In this document: in pieces, positions 11,336 through 22,416 of the stretch
Layout of the letters: each line of letters opens with the position of its first letter
How positions within the stretch are numbered: position 1 is the first letter of the stretch
Assembly (NCBI RefSeq): GCF_018977255.1
Contig: NW_024704742.1
Span: forward strand, 55,924,001-55,988,000
Length of the DNA: 64,000 nt
From: Callorhinchus milii
Lineage: Eukaryota
Reading direction: 5' to 3'
Notes under the pieces: generated by a model
Databases searched by the model: none
What the model saw: the letters and a program-made list of their open reading frames with translations, nothing else
Told to the model about the DNA's origin: nothing
Translations under genes and position numbers: made by a program

Positions 11336-12554
11336 CTTACCTAATCCTGGACAGTTAAGATGTAGGTTGGCAAGTGTCAAGGCTTGGGTCCCCAGAGTGT
11401 ATTTGGGTATTTCTGGAGTTTAACCAGTAATCAGTACTAAACTGGAGTGTCAATTTAAAGTATGAACACAAGTCCCAATGTGGAAATTTAACTCCATAAC
11501 CTTCTAACCAAGAGATGAGAGTGCTTACATATCCTACAACCCATTGACATCTATTTTCGATTGTGTACTGCATCTGAAAATCATGGCTTATTATTATACT
11601 CATGTCACTATTTCTACTATGACAGAGGCAGACACTTCAGTTAAATGATATCCCAGATTATTATTATGCTAATTCTTGTTTTATTCTATGAAGAGCTTTG
11701 AGACATCTCAAAGACACGATAAGCCACTGCATCAAATGCAAGGGTTATTATTAATAATTATTAATATTTATCCAGCTATTTGCTGCCTAGATCAAGATGT
11801 TCACTGTCATGATTTGCTAGGTTGCTCCACAGTAGGTATTGTTATTGATAAGGTATTGTCTTGAAAAAGCCCCAATGCATTGAGCATCCTCCAGACATGT
11901 ACAAATGCAATTTGTTGTTGATTTCTGAGAAGGTTTCTAATGCACAAGACGATTAATCAAAACACTGATACAAATAAACATGGCTACACACATTGGACAC
12001 AAGATACAGGAAGTGTGAATAGGAGGATGATGATAGAGTGTTGCTATCCATCGTTGTCTTAAGTTTTTATAAATATTGCACTTATAGATACAATAGAACT
12101 TTTTAAAAATCATAATGATATCTCATACATTTGTACTTCACAAATATTATGCCACCAGTGGATTTCGGGAGATTATAAGGATATGAGATAGAGGGATGCA
12201 GTCCTTTAACCCTCCAGTAACCGTATGTTTTGTGAAATTTAGTGCCCAGTTGAATGGGCAATATGCACGCCAAGTATTATTGCTGCAGGCAATGTATATA
12301 CCCCTACTTGCTTCATTCATAGAGCTCTTGATTAATCCCTTGGGAAAACATGTCATTGTATATTGATTCAATGCCAGATAATTTCCTGGTAACAACTTCT
12401 GATAAATAAATAATAAATAAATCCTAATAAATTCCAATGGCTTCAGTGCCCTCATCCAGACTACAACCAAAGCTGCAGAATTTCTAGTTCTGCAGTTAAT
12501 TCAAATGTGATATGGCAAAGAATACATCATCATAACCATCATCATAATAATAAT

Positions 12555-14710
12555 TCTAATAATAATACCTTCCTTTGACATGGTGCCTGTAATGTTGGGA
12601 GGATGTCCAAAGTGTTTCACAGGATATACTGTAAAGTATATTATGATTGTGCATTAGGTAGGCGAAGTCAACAGCCAATTTATGCATAGCAATGTCCCAT
12701 GTGAAGTGAATGACCAATTTTATTGTGGGATTGTTGGCTAGGACACCAGGAGAAACTCTGTATCATAAGATCTTCAATGTCCACCTGGACAGGCAGATGG
12801 AACCTCGGTTTAATGTCTTAACATAACATAACATAACATAACATGTAGGAGCAGGAGTAGGCCATTCGGCCCTTCGAGCCTGCCCCACCATTCAATCATG
12901 GCTGATCTTCTAATCTAACTCCAGCTAATAACCTAACCCTGCCTTATCCCCATATCCCTTAATCCCCTTTGCAATAAGAAATCTATCTATCTCAGTCTTG
13001 AATATGTTCAAGGACTGAGCGTCAACAGCCCTTTGGGGTAGCGAGTTCCATACATTCACCACCCTTTGAGTGAAGAAGTTCTTCCTCAACTCAGTGCGAA
13101 AGGGCTGGCCTCTGATTTTAAGGTTGTGACCCCTGGTTTTAGTTTCTCCAACCAGGGGAAACAATCTCCCACTATCTACTCTATCATGCCCTTTGATGAT
13201 CTTATAGGTTTCTATAAGATCCCTCTAATTCTTCTATATTCTAGAGAATATAGGCCCAAATTGGTCAGCCTATCCTCGTAACTCATCCCCTTCATCCCTG
13301 GTACTAACCTAGTAAATCTACGCTGCACCCCCTCCAAGGCAAGTACATCCTTCCTTAAATAAGGAGACCAAAACTGCACACAGTATTCCAGGTGTGGTCT
13401 CACCAGGGCCCTATACAGTTGCAGCAAGACTTCCCTACTCTTATACTCTAATCCTTTCATAATGAATGCTAACATACCGTTCACCTTCCTAATTGCTGCT
13501 GCACCTGCAGACTAACTTTCTGTGATTGGTGTACAAGGACACCCAAGTCCCTCTGGACGCTAACACATTCCAATCTCTCCCCTTCTAAAAAATAACCCGG
13601 TTTACTGTTTTTGCTACCTAGGTGGATGATTTCGCACTTCATATACTTCATCTGCCACCTACCTGCCCAATCACCTAACCTATCTATGTCTCGCTGCATT
13701 TTTTTAATCTCATCCTCTGTGTTGACACTTCCTCCTAATTTTGTGTCATCCGCGAATTTAGATATGTTAACTTCGATGTCCTCATCTAGATCGTTGATGT
13801 AGATGGTAAATAGCTGAGGCCCAAGGACTGATCCTTGTGGCACTCCACTAGTCACATCCCGCCGTTTATCCGTACTCTTTGTTTCCTACCCGTTAACCAT
13901 TTTCCAATCGACGTTAATATGCTCCCCCCAATTCCATGGGCCTTTATCTTTTGGACTAACCTTTTATGCGGCACCCTATCGAATGCCTTCTGAAAGTCCA
14001 AATAGACCACATCCACTGATTCACCCTTATCTAGTTTCCTCAAAATATCTTCAAAAAACTCTGTGAGATTTGTCAAACATTTGTAAAGCCATGTTGACTT
14101 GGTCTAATTATATTGTGCTCCCCTAAATATTGCACTACCACATCCTTAATCAATGATTCTAAAAAATTTTCTATCACTGATGTGAGACTAACTGGCCAAA
14201 AGTTCCCCATCTTTTCCTTTCCACCTTTTTTAAATAGTGGTGTGACATTTGCGATCTTCCAATCCATGGGGACTGTTCCAGAATCCAAGGAATTCTGGAA
14301 GATCAGACATAAGGCTTCCACTATCTCATAAGCTACCTCTTTTAAAACCCTGGGATGCAAGCCATCCGGACCAGGGGATTTGTCACTTTTTAGTGCTACG
14401 TTTCCCTAGCACCAATTCTCTACTGATGAAAATTTCCCTAAGTGCCCCCTGTCCTTATCCCCTTGGTGCATCTCTATTGTTGGCAGACTTGTTGTGTCTT
14501 CTAGGGTGAAGACAGATGCAAAGTACCCATTTGGGGACCCTGCCATGTCCTTATCCTCCGTCTTACCCAAGGACAACACCTCCAACACTGCTGCACACCC
14601 CCAGCACTGTATTGGAGTGCCAACCTAAACTATATGAGTTTCAATGTGGGATGTGAACCCATAACTTCTTGACTCAGAGGAGAGTGCTACCAACTGAGCC
14701 AGGCTGATAC
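12555..14710 (-). mobile_element. Deu-domain SINE split into 12555-12820 and 14560-14710 by a CR1 insertion
   Basis: The left part ends GCAGATGGAACCTCGGTTTAATGTCTTA and the right part resumes GTCTTACCCAAGGACAACACCTCC...GAACCCATAACTTCTTGACTCAGAGG...TACCAACTGAGCC, colinear with the copy at 57405-57752. Confidence 0.8.
12821..14559 (-). mobile_element. CR1 LINE, 5'-truncated and frameshifted ORF2
   Basis: ORFs HPRVLKEVAYEI...WKIANVTPLFKKG, VYLDFQKAFDRVPH, SGVPQGSVLGPQLFTIYINDL...KFADDTKL, LVRPHLEYCVQFWSP; (TATGT)n tail; 6-bp TSD GTCTTA. Confidence 0.95.
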
Positions 14711-14754
14711 ACATATTCCAGGCTGCAATATATCCATATGCATTGTTGTTCTCT

Positions 14755-14935
14755 TAAGAATATGGAATTAGAAGGAGGTCATTGTGGCCATTGAGCCTAT
14801 TATACGATTTATTGGATCATGGCAGATTATTTTAATTTCATCTCCCTGTCTTTTATCTATTTCCATTAATACCTTTACTTCCCAAAGTGTACAGCCACAT
14901 TTGAAAAGCTTGAGTGGACTCTAATGTGTGGGATT
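14755..14935 (-). mobile_element. Degenerate CR1 3' fragment
   Basis: TAAGAATATGGAATTAGAAGGAGG...GGATCATGGCAGAT resembles the CR1 3' UTR. Confidence 0.55.
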
Positions 14936-15264
14936 TTCATTTCTTCCATCCAGTATGCAGGCAAAATTGAAATAATAAGAAAACATGTTTATTTCTGAAG
15001 GTTAATATATATCTGCTAATATTCAGTTAACATATATTATCTGTATAATAAGGATGTTGTACTGGAAGAATGCCTGGAGGACACTTTTGTCCAACAATAT
15101 TCCACAGATAGTTTTAGTATATCAAGACCTCACTGGAGTCTCTTCCAGAGCTAGAGTGAACCTTGTGGTCCAACAGGAGAATTCACATAAGACGCATATA
15201 AAGGAGGGAGTTCTATTGAAACTTTGATTTGATTGGGGAAGCTGGAGACTGATGGATAAGTGAA

Positions 15265-15490
15265 GAAACTTACTTCTCTTTTCAAATAGTGCCAAGGAAC
15301 ATCAACATGAACAAGGAAAACTGGACTTTGGGTTAACATCCCCTCTGAAAGATGGCACATCCAACAAAACAATATGGAATTCCTCTGGTATGACATAGGA
15401 GAGTCAGTCTAGACAGCAGCTGAAATCCCAATGTAGAGCTTGAATCCACAATCTTCTGATCCAGAGGAGAGAGTATTACCAGCAGAGTAC
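15265..15490 (-). mobile_element. Degenerate Deu-domain SINE
   Basis: CTTTTCAAATAGTGCCA...GGTTAACATCCCCTCTGAAAGATGGCAC...TTGAATCCACAATCTTCTGATCCAGAGGAGAG. Confidence 0.65.
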
Positions 15491-16236
15491 AGTTTATACT
15501 CAACATGCGATAGAGAAATGAAAAAAGATTGCAACATAAGGCAAAGTTGGAAGAGACGGGTGAGTGAAGGATCGCCTGTCAAATGATGTGCCTTTTTGAA
15601 AATTGTTCAGAATTCTGAGAGCAGCAAGAGAAAATGCAATTGGCAATCTATGAGAAGAAAGAGTGGGGAGGACAATGACTGATGCTCCAAGGCCATTGGG
15701 AAGCACAGAGACAACATCTGTTAGTGGTCAGAGCAAAGGGAGAGCTGAGAAGCCAAACTAGATATGAATCTGAAAAAAACTAACAGATAGCATGAATATC
15801 TGCAAATTTATATGGTGCAAAATAAAGCGAGATTAATGATTTGTTTAAATACAAATAATTTATTGAAAATAACAGAAAGTTTACACATTTTCTCAAGTAT
15901 TGACATAACAGCATAGTTGTTGAGTTGGATCTTACACATTTTATGCACCTAGTATGTCTTTTAGAGTGCTGTATTGGGAAATAATACCTATTAGCCGGGT
16001 TATGGTTATATTAGGCTTATTGGAATTTATTGGGTACTAGAGTTGGATGGGTTGTGATCATTATGCAGCCTTGAGAGGGTTGTGGTTTCGGAAACTTGGC
16101 TGACTATGATCTTTGTAGTGGCAAGCAATCAGGCATGCAACATCCCACAGATGAGGTGGGATTGACTGAATTGAGCTTTTGGAAAGTGTCCCACTCCTCC
16201 TGATGTTTGCCCAGCTCCCAGTCCAGTCTGTACACC

Positions 16237-16781
16237 ACTGGTAAGAAATTCCACCTGGGTCGAGATTTACTCGATTACTGTAGCATTTTAGAGTATCCAG
16301 AGTTTGGCACGTTCTTCAATTCAATCTTAACTCTGAAGCCAAATTTGTGTATTTCTCAGAATCATAGAATCATAGAAATTTACAACGCAGAATGAGGCCA
16401 ATCAGTCCATCAAGTCTGCATTAGGTCTCAGAGCCAGTTGTCCATTCAATCCTCCTGCCCGCCATATCCCCATACCCCTGCAAGACTTTTTCTTTCATGT
16501 ACATATCTGCTTACCTCTAGAAACCCATTATGGACTATGCTTCTATTACCTTACTTGGCAGGACATTCCATGTCCAACAACTCTCTGTGATAAAATATCA
16601 CCTATGCTCTCCTTTTTCTCTTCTTGTCACATCTTATATCTATGTCCACTAATCACTGACTTTCCTAGCAGTAAAAGAATTTACGGAAAATGGATTTCAA
16701 AATTAAGGCTGCATTACGGCCAATTTCTGAAGACTCTGAAATCTACATTATTAGAGTATATCTTACCCAGGTGAAATGTCT
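16237..16781. mobile_element. Palindromic MITE-like element interrupted at its centre by a CR1 3' fragment (16358-16680, -)
   Basis: Arms 16237-16357 and 16676-16781 are mutually complementary and align with 41824-42058. The insert starts with an (AGAATCAT)n CR1 tail and is bounded by AGAAT. Confidence 0.75.
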
Positions 16782-17179
16782 CATCACCTTTTCTGTCTAG
16801 CAGATCCTTGGTTGGCTGGTTTATTAAGGTGTTGCTGAATGCATCATATCTGGGGGATGCACCTCCTTTGTATTATGAGTGAGAACTGTTCAAGAGGTTT
16901 CTTGCTCTGTTTGACACAGGTCAAGCTTTATGGAATTAGGACCAGAAGGAGAGGTAATGTACAGCCAGTCACAGGCTCAATGAGCTTTATGATCTCCACT
17001 TAATGGGCTGGAAATCAGGCATGACCAGAATGTTTGCAGAAGTGATTTAAAGAGAAAGAACACATGTAGGCGAAATACAAAACATTGAATAACTAAAAAA
17101 AAAGAAGACTGGAATTGAGCAAAGGGTGTATAGGCAATGAATGAAGATCAAAGTCCATCTCACACATGATCAAAAGCAT

Positions 17180-17340
17180 GCTTGTAAGGCATTGCTGTAC
17201 GCAAAACTGGCTACCACATTTCGCCCACGATATACACATACAATTCACTTTACAGTATTTCTTGTAAAGCACTTTGTGATGTTTCATTAATGTGATAAGG
17301 CTCTATATCAAATTCAAGAATTACATTATTATTAATAATA
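17180..17340 (+). mobile_element. SINE 3' fragment
   Basis: CATTGCTGTACGCAAAACTGGCT...GATAAGGCTCTATATCAAATTCAAG. Confidence 0.7.
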
Positions 17341-17454
17341 ATCATATGCAATAACCATGATACTCCTCAACTGAAATGAAGTTTCAAAGAAATCAATTAT
17401 TTAATTCCTTTTATCAATAATTGGTGTTAAATAACATTTATATATTAATAATAA

Positions 17455-17560
17455 TATATAATAATAATCCTTGCATTTGATATAGTGCTTTTCACGTTCT
17501 TCTAAACATCTCAAAGTGCTTCACAGAATATACCGTAAAGTGAATTGACTGTATATTTAT
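17455..17560 (-). mobile_element. SINE 3' fragment
   Basis: ATAATCCTTGCATTTGATATAG...CTTCACAGAATATACCGTAAAGTGAATTGACTG. Confidence 0.8.
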
Positions 17561-18362
17561 ATTATATTAACTGTAATATACAGTTCTTGCACTATTATAT
17601 GATTTTGTAAAGGATCTTCTACTACCTTAGCACAGATTGGTGCCCTTACCTAGACATTATTGAGTCACAGAAATGAAATTAATAATGTGGTTTATGGCTC
17701 GTTCCTCAAACTGATTGCATTTGAGGCTGGGAAAGACTTTAAAGTATATAATCTGAAGTGCTTTGGACAGCCTCCCAACATGAAAGGCGCTATACCAAAC
17801 GTAAGGATTTTTATTATTAGTAGTAGTAATAGTATTCATTAAAAATCAAGCATTCTGAGACACAACCAGGGTGAAGGGTGTTATATAAATGCAAATTGTT
17901 GTTGCAAAAACATATGTTTTTTGATCCCAACCACCAGTTTGGGTGCAGATCCCTGACTGCCCAATGCCTTGGGATGTCCTCCTGACATGAAAGGCACTTA
18001 CCTTACATTACAAATGTAATTTGTTGTTGCAGAAACGTATGGCAATTTATGTATTTGTTTTCAACATTTGATTGAGGTGTCAAAATAATGAAATGTTTTG
18101 ACACAGTAAACAAAGAATGAACCTTCACTTCAGGTGGATTCCAAGACAAAAGGATATAATTAAAATTAGATTAGAATTAAAATTCAGTTTTTTTAAATGG
18201 ATCATGAGAATATGGAATAGATTGCTTCAGATATGCACTAACATGAAGAGTTCAAGAGAGATCATTGCTTGGTAAGTAAGGATATCAAGGGAATGGAGAA
18301 AAAATGGGAATCTGGAATTAAAGTTGTCATAGACTTGCTGATAGCATAGATTTGACAGTTGA

Positions 18363-18953
18363 ATAATAATAATAATAATGATCCTTGCATTTGATATAAT
18401 GCATTATCACGTCTTCGAGACATCTCAAATCACTTCAAGAATATACAACAACAACAATTGCATTTATATAGTGCCCTCCACGCCGGGCGGCATCTTAAAG
18501 CGCTTAACAATGGTGCAGCCTGATGCTGAGCCAGGGGGAGGGCAAAGGTGACCATAGGCACGGTTGAAGAGGAAGCTCTTCAGGCGCAACCTAAAAATGG
18601 GGAAACAGGGGGTAAGGCAAAGCGATTGAGGGAGGGAGTGCCATATACTGTAAAGTTAATTGACTGTATATTTTGTGGGTGAAACGCGGCAGCCAATTGC
18701 ACACAGCAGTGCCCACAGACAGTCATGGATTGAGTGACCAAATTATTATTATTATTATTACTTTTTTGAAGGAATTATTATCCCCTGAAAAGCAATCTGC
18801 CAATCGACTAACAACTGGACTCCTACTTACTGCTAGGTAAACAGAGGCATGTGGAGTAAGGATACTTGCCCAACGTTTCGCCCTGCCGTGAATCAAACCC
18901 AGGTCACTCGCTTCTGAGGTGAGTGCTCTAACCACTGAGCTACAGAATAGCCC
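18363..18953 (-). mobile_element. Full-length tRNA-headed SINE (long subfamily) containing a nested L2 3' fragment (18447-18642)
   Basis: Minus-strand head CTGTAGCTCAGTGGTTAGAGCAC...GGGTTTGATTC; body GGGCAAGTATCCTTACTCCACATGCCTCTGTTTACCTAGCAGTAAG; (ATT)n tail; TSD ATATAC around the L2. Confidence 0.9.
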
Positions 18954-20689
18954 GCTTTGCTTCTCTGTTCTTTATCTAATCTGTCAGAAAGTAACATCAA
19001 ATATTTTGCTTCTCAAAAGCTCATCGTATTAAGTGTCTTTCTCTCCTCGGCAACTTGAATGGTGCATATTACAAGGTAGAGTCCAGAGTGGTTCCATTTA
19101 CATCAGTGGGGCAGCCTTAGAGCCAATTTCCAGCAGCCCAATCCTAGATAAACATAATACTGAGCTACTGGAGGACTTTCCAGGTCTGGAGAGCTCTGGA
19201 TTGACTTTCTAGCCAGTCTAAATTGCAACTCTTCATTGAAGTGTCTGGAGTTGCTGCAGGTGGTTTTTCCCTGTAACATGTATCACCAGAACAACTGAGA
19301 AGAAAGAGAGAAAGGAAACCCTAAATATCAAGGCTTTGTGAGGCAACACATTTTCTGACACAATATTCTTTCAGATACATCTGGAAGAGAGCAAAGTGCG
19401 TAAAAAGTACACCTCCCACATGTTCTTTCTTTATTAAAATGCAAATTGACTTAAAATAATAATGAAGAAACCCCTTAGTGATTTAAACAAGGTAATCAAT
19501 AGAGATCCAAGTTTTACACTTCTCTTTCCCTTGCTGGCTGTTGCTCACCATAACTCAATAATATTGACAGTGGTGAAAGATTGGCTTAATCAACATGTAC
19601 AAAATAAACATCAGGTAACATTGGTACCATTGTCAGTCACGATTTTCTACTCTTAAAACTCACCTCAGCCGTAGAATCACTCAGTGAATATAAAAGCAAA
19701 CTTCATCCTCAGTACACTCATTCTTCATATGGATTACGGGGTAAGTTTGTGCTGTCATAAATTCAGTCACTAGGGTGAAGTACCTGAGTCTCTAACTGAT
19801 GCTCTGAACACTTTCAAGGCATTATCCTTCATGGACAATGCACCTATCAGGCCTGTAACTCTTTATCTCATGTTTCTCATATATTTATGTTCAACAACGT
19901 ACCAGAGTCAACTGACGTAAATGAAAATCAGAACATGTTGTGGGATGGGAATCAGTAAGTGATAATAATGGACTAATTATCTCAGCTGCAATTCATTATC
20001 TATTCCTGGGCTGTGGAAATGTTAGTAGCAGCAATAAAATAAATGGACCTTTCATCTATGTCCATTTGTTTTAATAATGTCAAAGGCTGATTCTGCTGCC
20101 AAATAAAAAAAATAAAGATTTGTTTTGGCATTTTTGTCCTTAATGCAGAAATGTGCCCAGAAACCTTAAGTCTTGCTCTAGTATGATATGACTGCAATGC
20201 TGTAATATTATTCTTTTAAGGTTTATTCTGCCAGAATAGCACTCTGTGGAACTGGCCTTGATTAAACAATTTTCTAGGCTTTTAGAGCCACAAATTCCAC
20301 CCTGTAAGACCACTTTGTCTTAAACTTTAAGATTGTGCAGAATTGTGGAAGATTTTTAGTTCTTAAAAACTTAAGGCTGAATTGAAGAATTTTTCCACAA
20401 TTTCAGTGCTTCACGTTATATTAGCAATATAGCACAACTTATAGTTTTGACTTTAATCCAAGATATGTTAAGGTACATTGCTTGCAAGAGCAAAGAAAAC
20501 TAGAACAGGGCAAACAATGAGAATATGTTTCTCTAAATATCTTTGTAGAATATTTAACTCTTCCTGTGGTTTCTCTGCCTTGGACCAATCATGAGCTCAG
20601 AAGGACACCAGGACATCAATGAACCTGCTCTTGAACTGCCATCATGGAATCAAAATGCGAGAGCAAAAGTATAAGACAGCTAGTCATAG

Positions 20690-21182
20690 CTCATAGGAAG
20701 TTTAGGAGGAGTTTCTTCACAAAGAGGGCAGCGAGAATCCCAGAAGCAGTGGTTGAAGCAAAAAGCATTAACAACAACAACAACAAAATTACATATGTAT
20801 AGCACCTTTCACGTTGGGAGGATGTCCCAAGGTGTTGGACAATCAGTGTTTCGGACCTGAGCTGGGGTTGGCATCTGGGAGAGTGGAGGGCAGGAGGACA
20901 AGAAGGGAGATCGAAGGCACAGTCGAAAAGGAGGGTCTTGAGACAGATCTTGAAGGAGGCAAGGGAGGAGGCGAGGCGGAAGGAGTGCTGGATGGATTTC
21001 CAGAGGGTGGGGGCAGAGTGGCTGAATTAACATATTAATATATTAATCAGAAAGCTTGATGCACATATGAAGGTAAAAGGAATAGTGGGGTATAGCAGAC
21101 GGAAATAGGAGGGATGGAGGCTCGTGTGGAATATAAACAGCAGTGTGGACTAGTTGGGCCGAATGACCTGTTTCTGTGTTAC
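20690..21182. mobile_element. CR1 3' fragment (+) interrupted by an L2 3' fragment (-, 20773-21025)
   Basis: CR1 TTTAGGAGGAGTTTCTTCAC...GGCCGAATGACCTGTTTCTGTG; L2 tail (AAC)n...CACCTTTCACGTTGGGAGGATGTCCCAAGG; TSD ATTAAC at 20767-20772 and 21026-21031. Confidence 0.8.
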
Positions 21183-21309
21183 ACTGAACCTCACATAAGT
21201 CGTATCAGTTGGGACCATACGTTTAATATGATTTATGCAAAGTATGAGTTATGCCAAACTTGCATAGAATATAAACTCTTGAATGGGACTGGGGAAGATT
21301 AACAATTTA

Positions 21310-21447
21310 GGCGATTAAAATTTGTAGGCTCTGGAGTAAGAGCGGGGGAGTGAGACTCATTGGATAGCTCTTTCAAAGAGAGGCACAGGTTTGATGGCTC
21401 GAATGATATCCTTCTGTGGTGTAAGATTCTATGATTCTATGATTCTA
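21310..21447 (+). mobile_element. CR1 3' end
   Basis: GATAGCTCTTTCAAAGAG...CCTTCTGTGGTGTAA followed by (GATTCTAT)n. Confidence 0.8.
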
Positions 21448-21504
21448 CGATTTATACAGATTAGACTTATGTGAGTTTTACTGTATATCATTCTATGCAA
21501 TTCT

Positions 21505-21765
21505 ATGTAGTGCTGTATCTCAGTGATTAGCGCCTTGGGACGTCCTCCCGACGTGAAAGGCGCTCAATAAATGGAATCTTGTTGTTGTTGTTGTATTAGA
21601 GCACTTGCTTCACAAGCAAGAGACCTGGGTTCGATTTCTGGCAGGTGCAAAATGTTGGGCAAGTTTCCTTACTCCACACGCCTGCGATTTCCTCGCAGTA
21701 AGCAGGAACCCGTTTGTTAGTCGATTGGCGGATTGCTTTTCCAGGGGTAATAATTCCTTCAAAAA

Positions 21766-21797
<32 letters not shown>

Positions 21798-21984
21798 TAA
21801 TAATAATATATTGGTCACTTCAATCCATGACTGTTTGTGAGACATCGCTGTGCGCAGCTGGCTGCCGCATTTCGCCCACAAAATATACAGTTAATTCACT
21901 TTTCAGCATATTCTGTGAAGTGCTTTGAGACGTCTCAAAGGTGTGATAAGGCGCTATATGAAATGCAAGGATTATTATTATATA
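21505..21984 (+). mobile_element. Composite insert: L2 3' tail (21529-21594) plus a 5'-clipped long-subfamily SINE (21595-21984)
   Basis: AGCGCCTTGGGACGTCCTCCCGACGTGAAAGGCGCT...(TTG)n, then TTAGAGCACTTGCTTCACAAGCAAG...GGTTCGATT; flanked by a 55-bp direct repeat. Confidence 0.85.
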
Positions 21985-22416
21985 ATTTATACAGATCAGA
22001 TTTATGTGAGTTTCACTGAATATCATTCTATGCAATTCTCAGCTTTTGTTTTCCCTTACCTATTCAGGAAACATCCTTCTCCAAGATCCATCCTCTTCTG
22101 ATATTTAAAATAAATAATTTTGCTCAGAAATGTGAGGCTCAACCTCCAGGTTAGCAGTCAAGTAATGTATTGTCCAAAATGCCCCCAGGAAAATTGCATG
22201 CATGCATACCTTGAACTCATCATGTAAAGTAATCATTAAAGGTAATTAGTTGAGAAAATGGACTTTGGATCTGCCCTCTTCTATACTGGAAGGTATAGTA
22301 GTGTAAAAAATGGACACCCAGCAATTGTGGATGTGAATCTATCGTTACTCAAGGGCACACTGTGTTCAAGAATTAACATGTATCAACAGCTTACATTTAT
22401 ATAATACCCTTCACAT

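Noticed and set aside
9821-14559. Active reverse transcriptase genes
   Set aside because: Both CR1 copies are 5'-truncated and broken into several frames.
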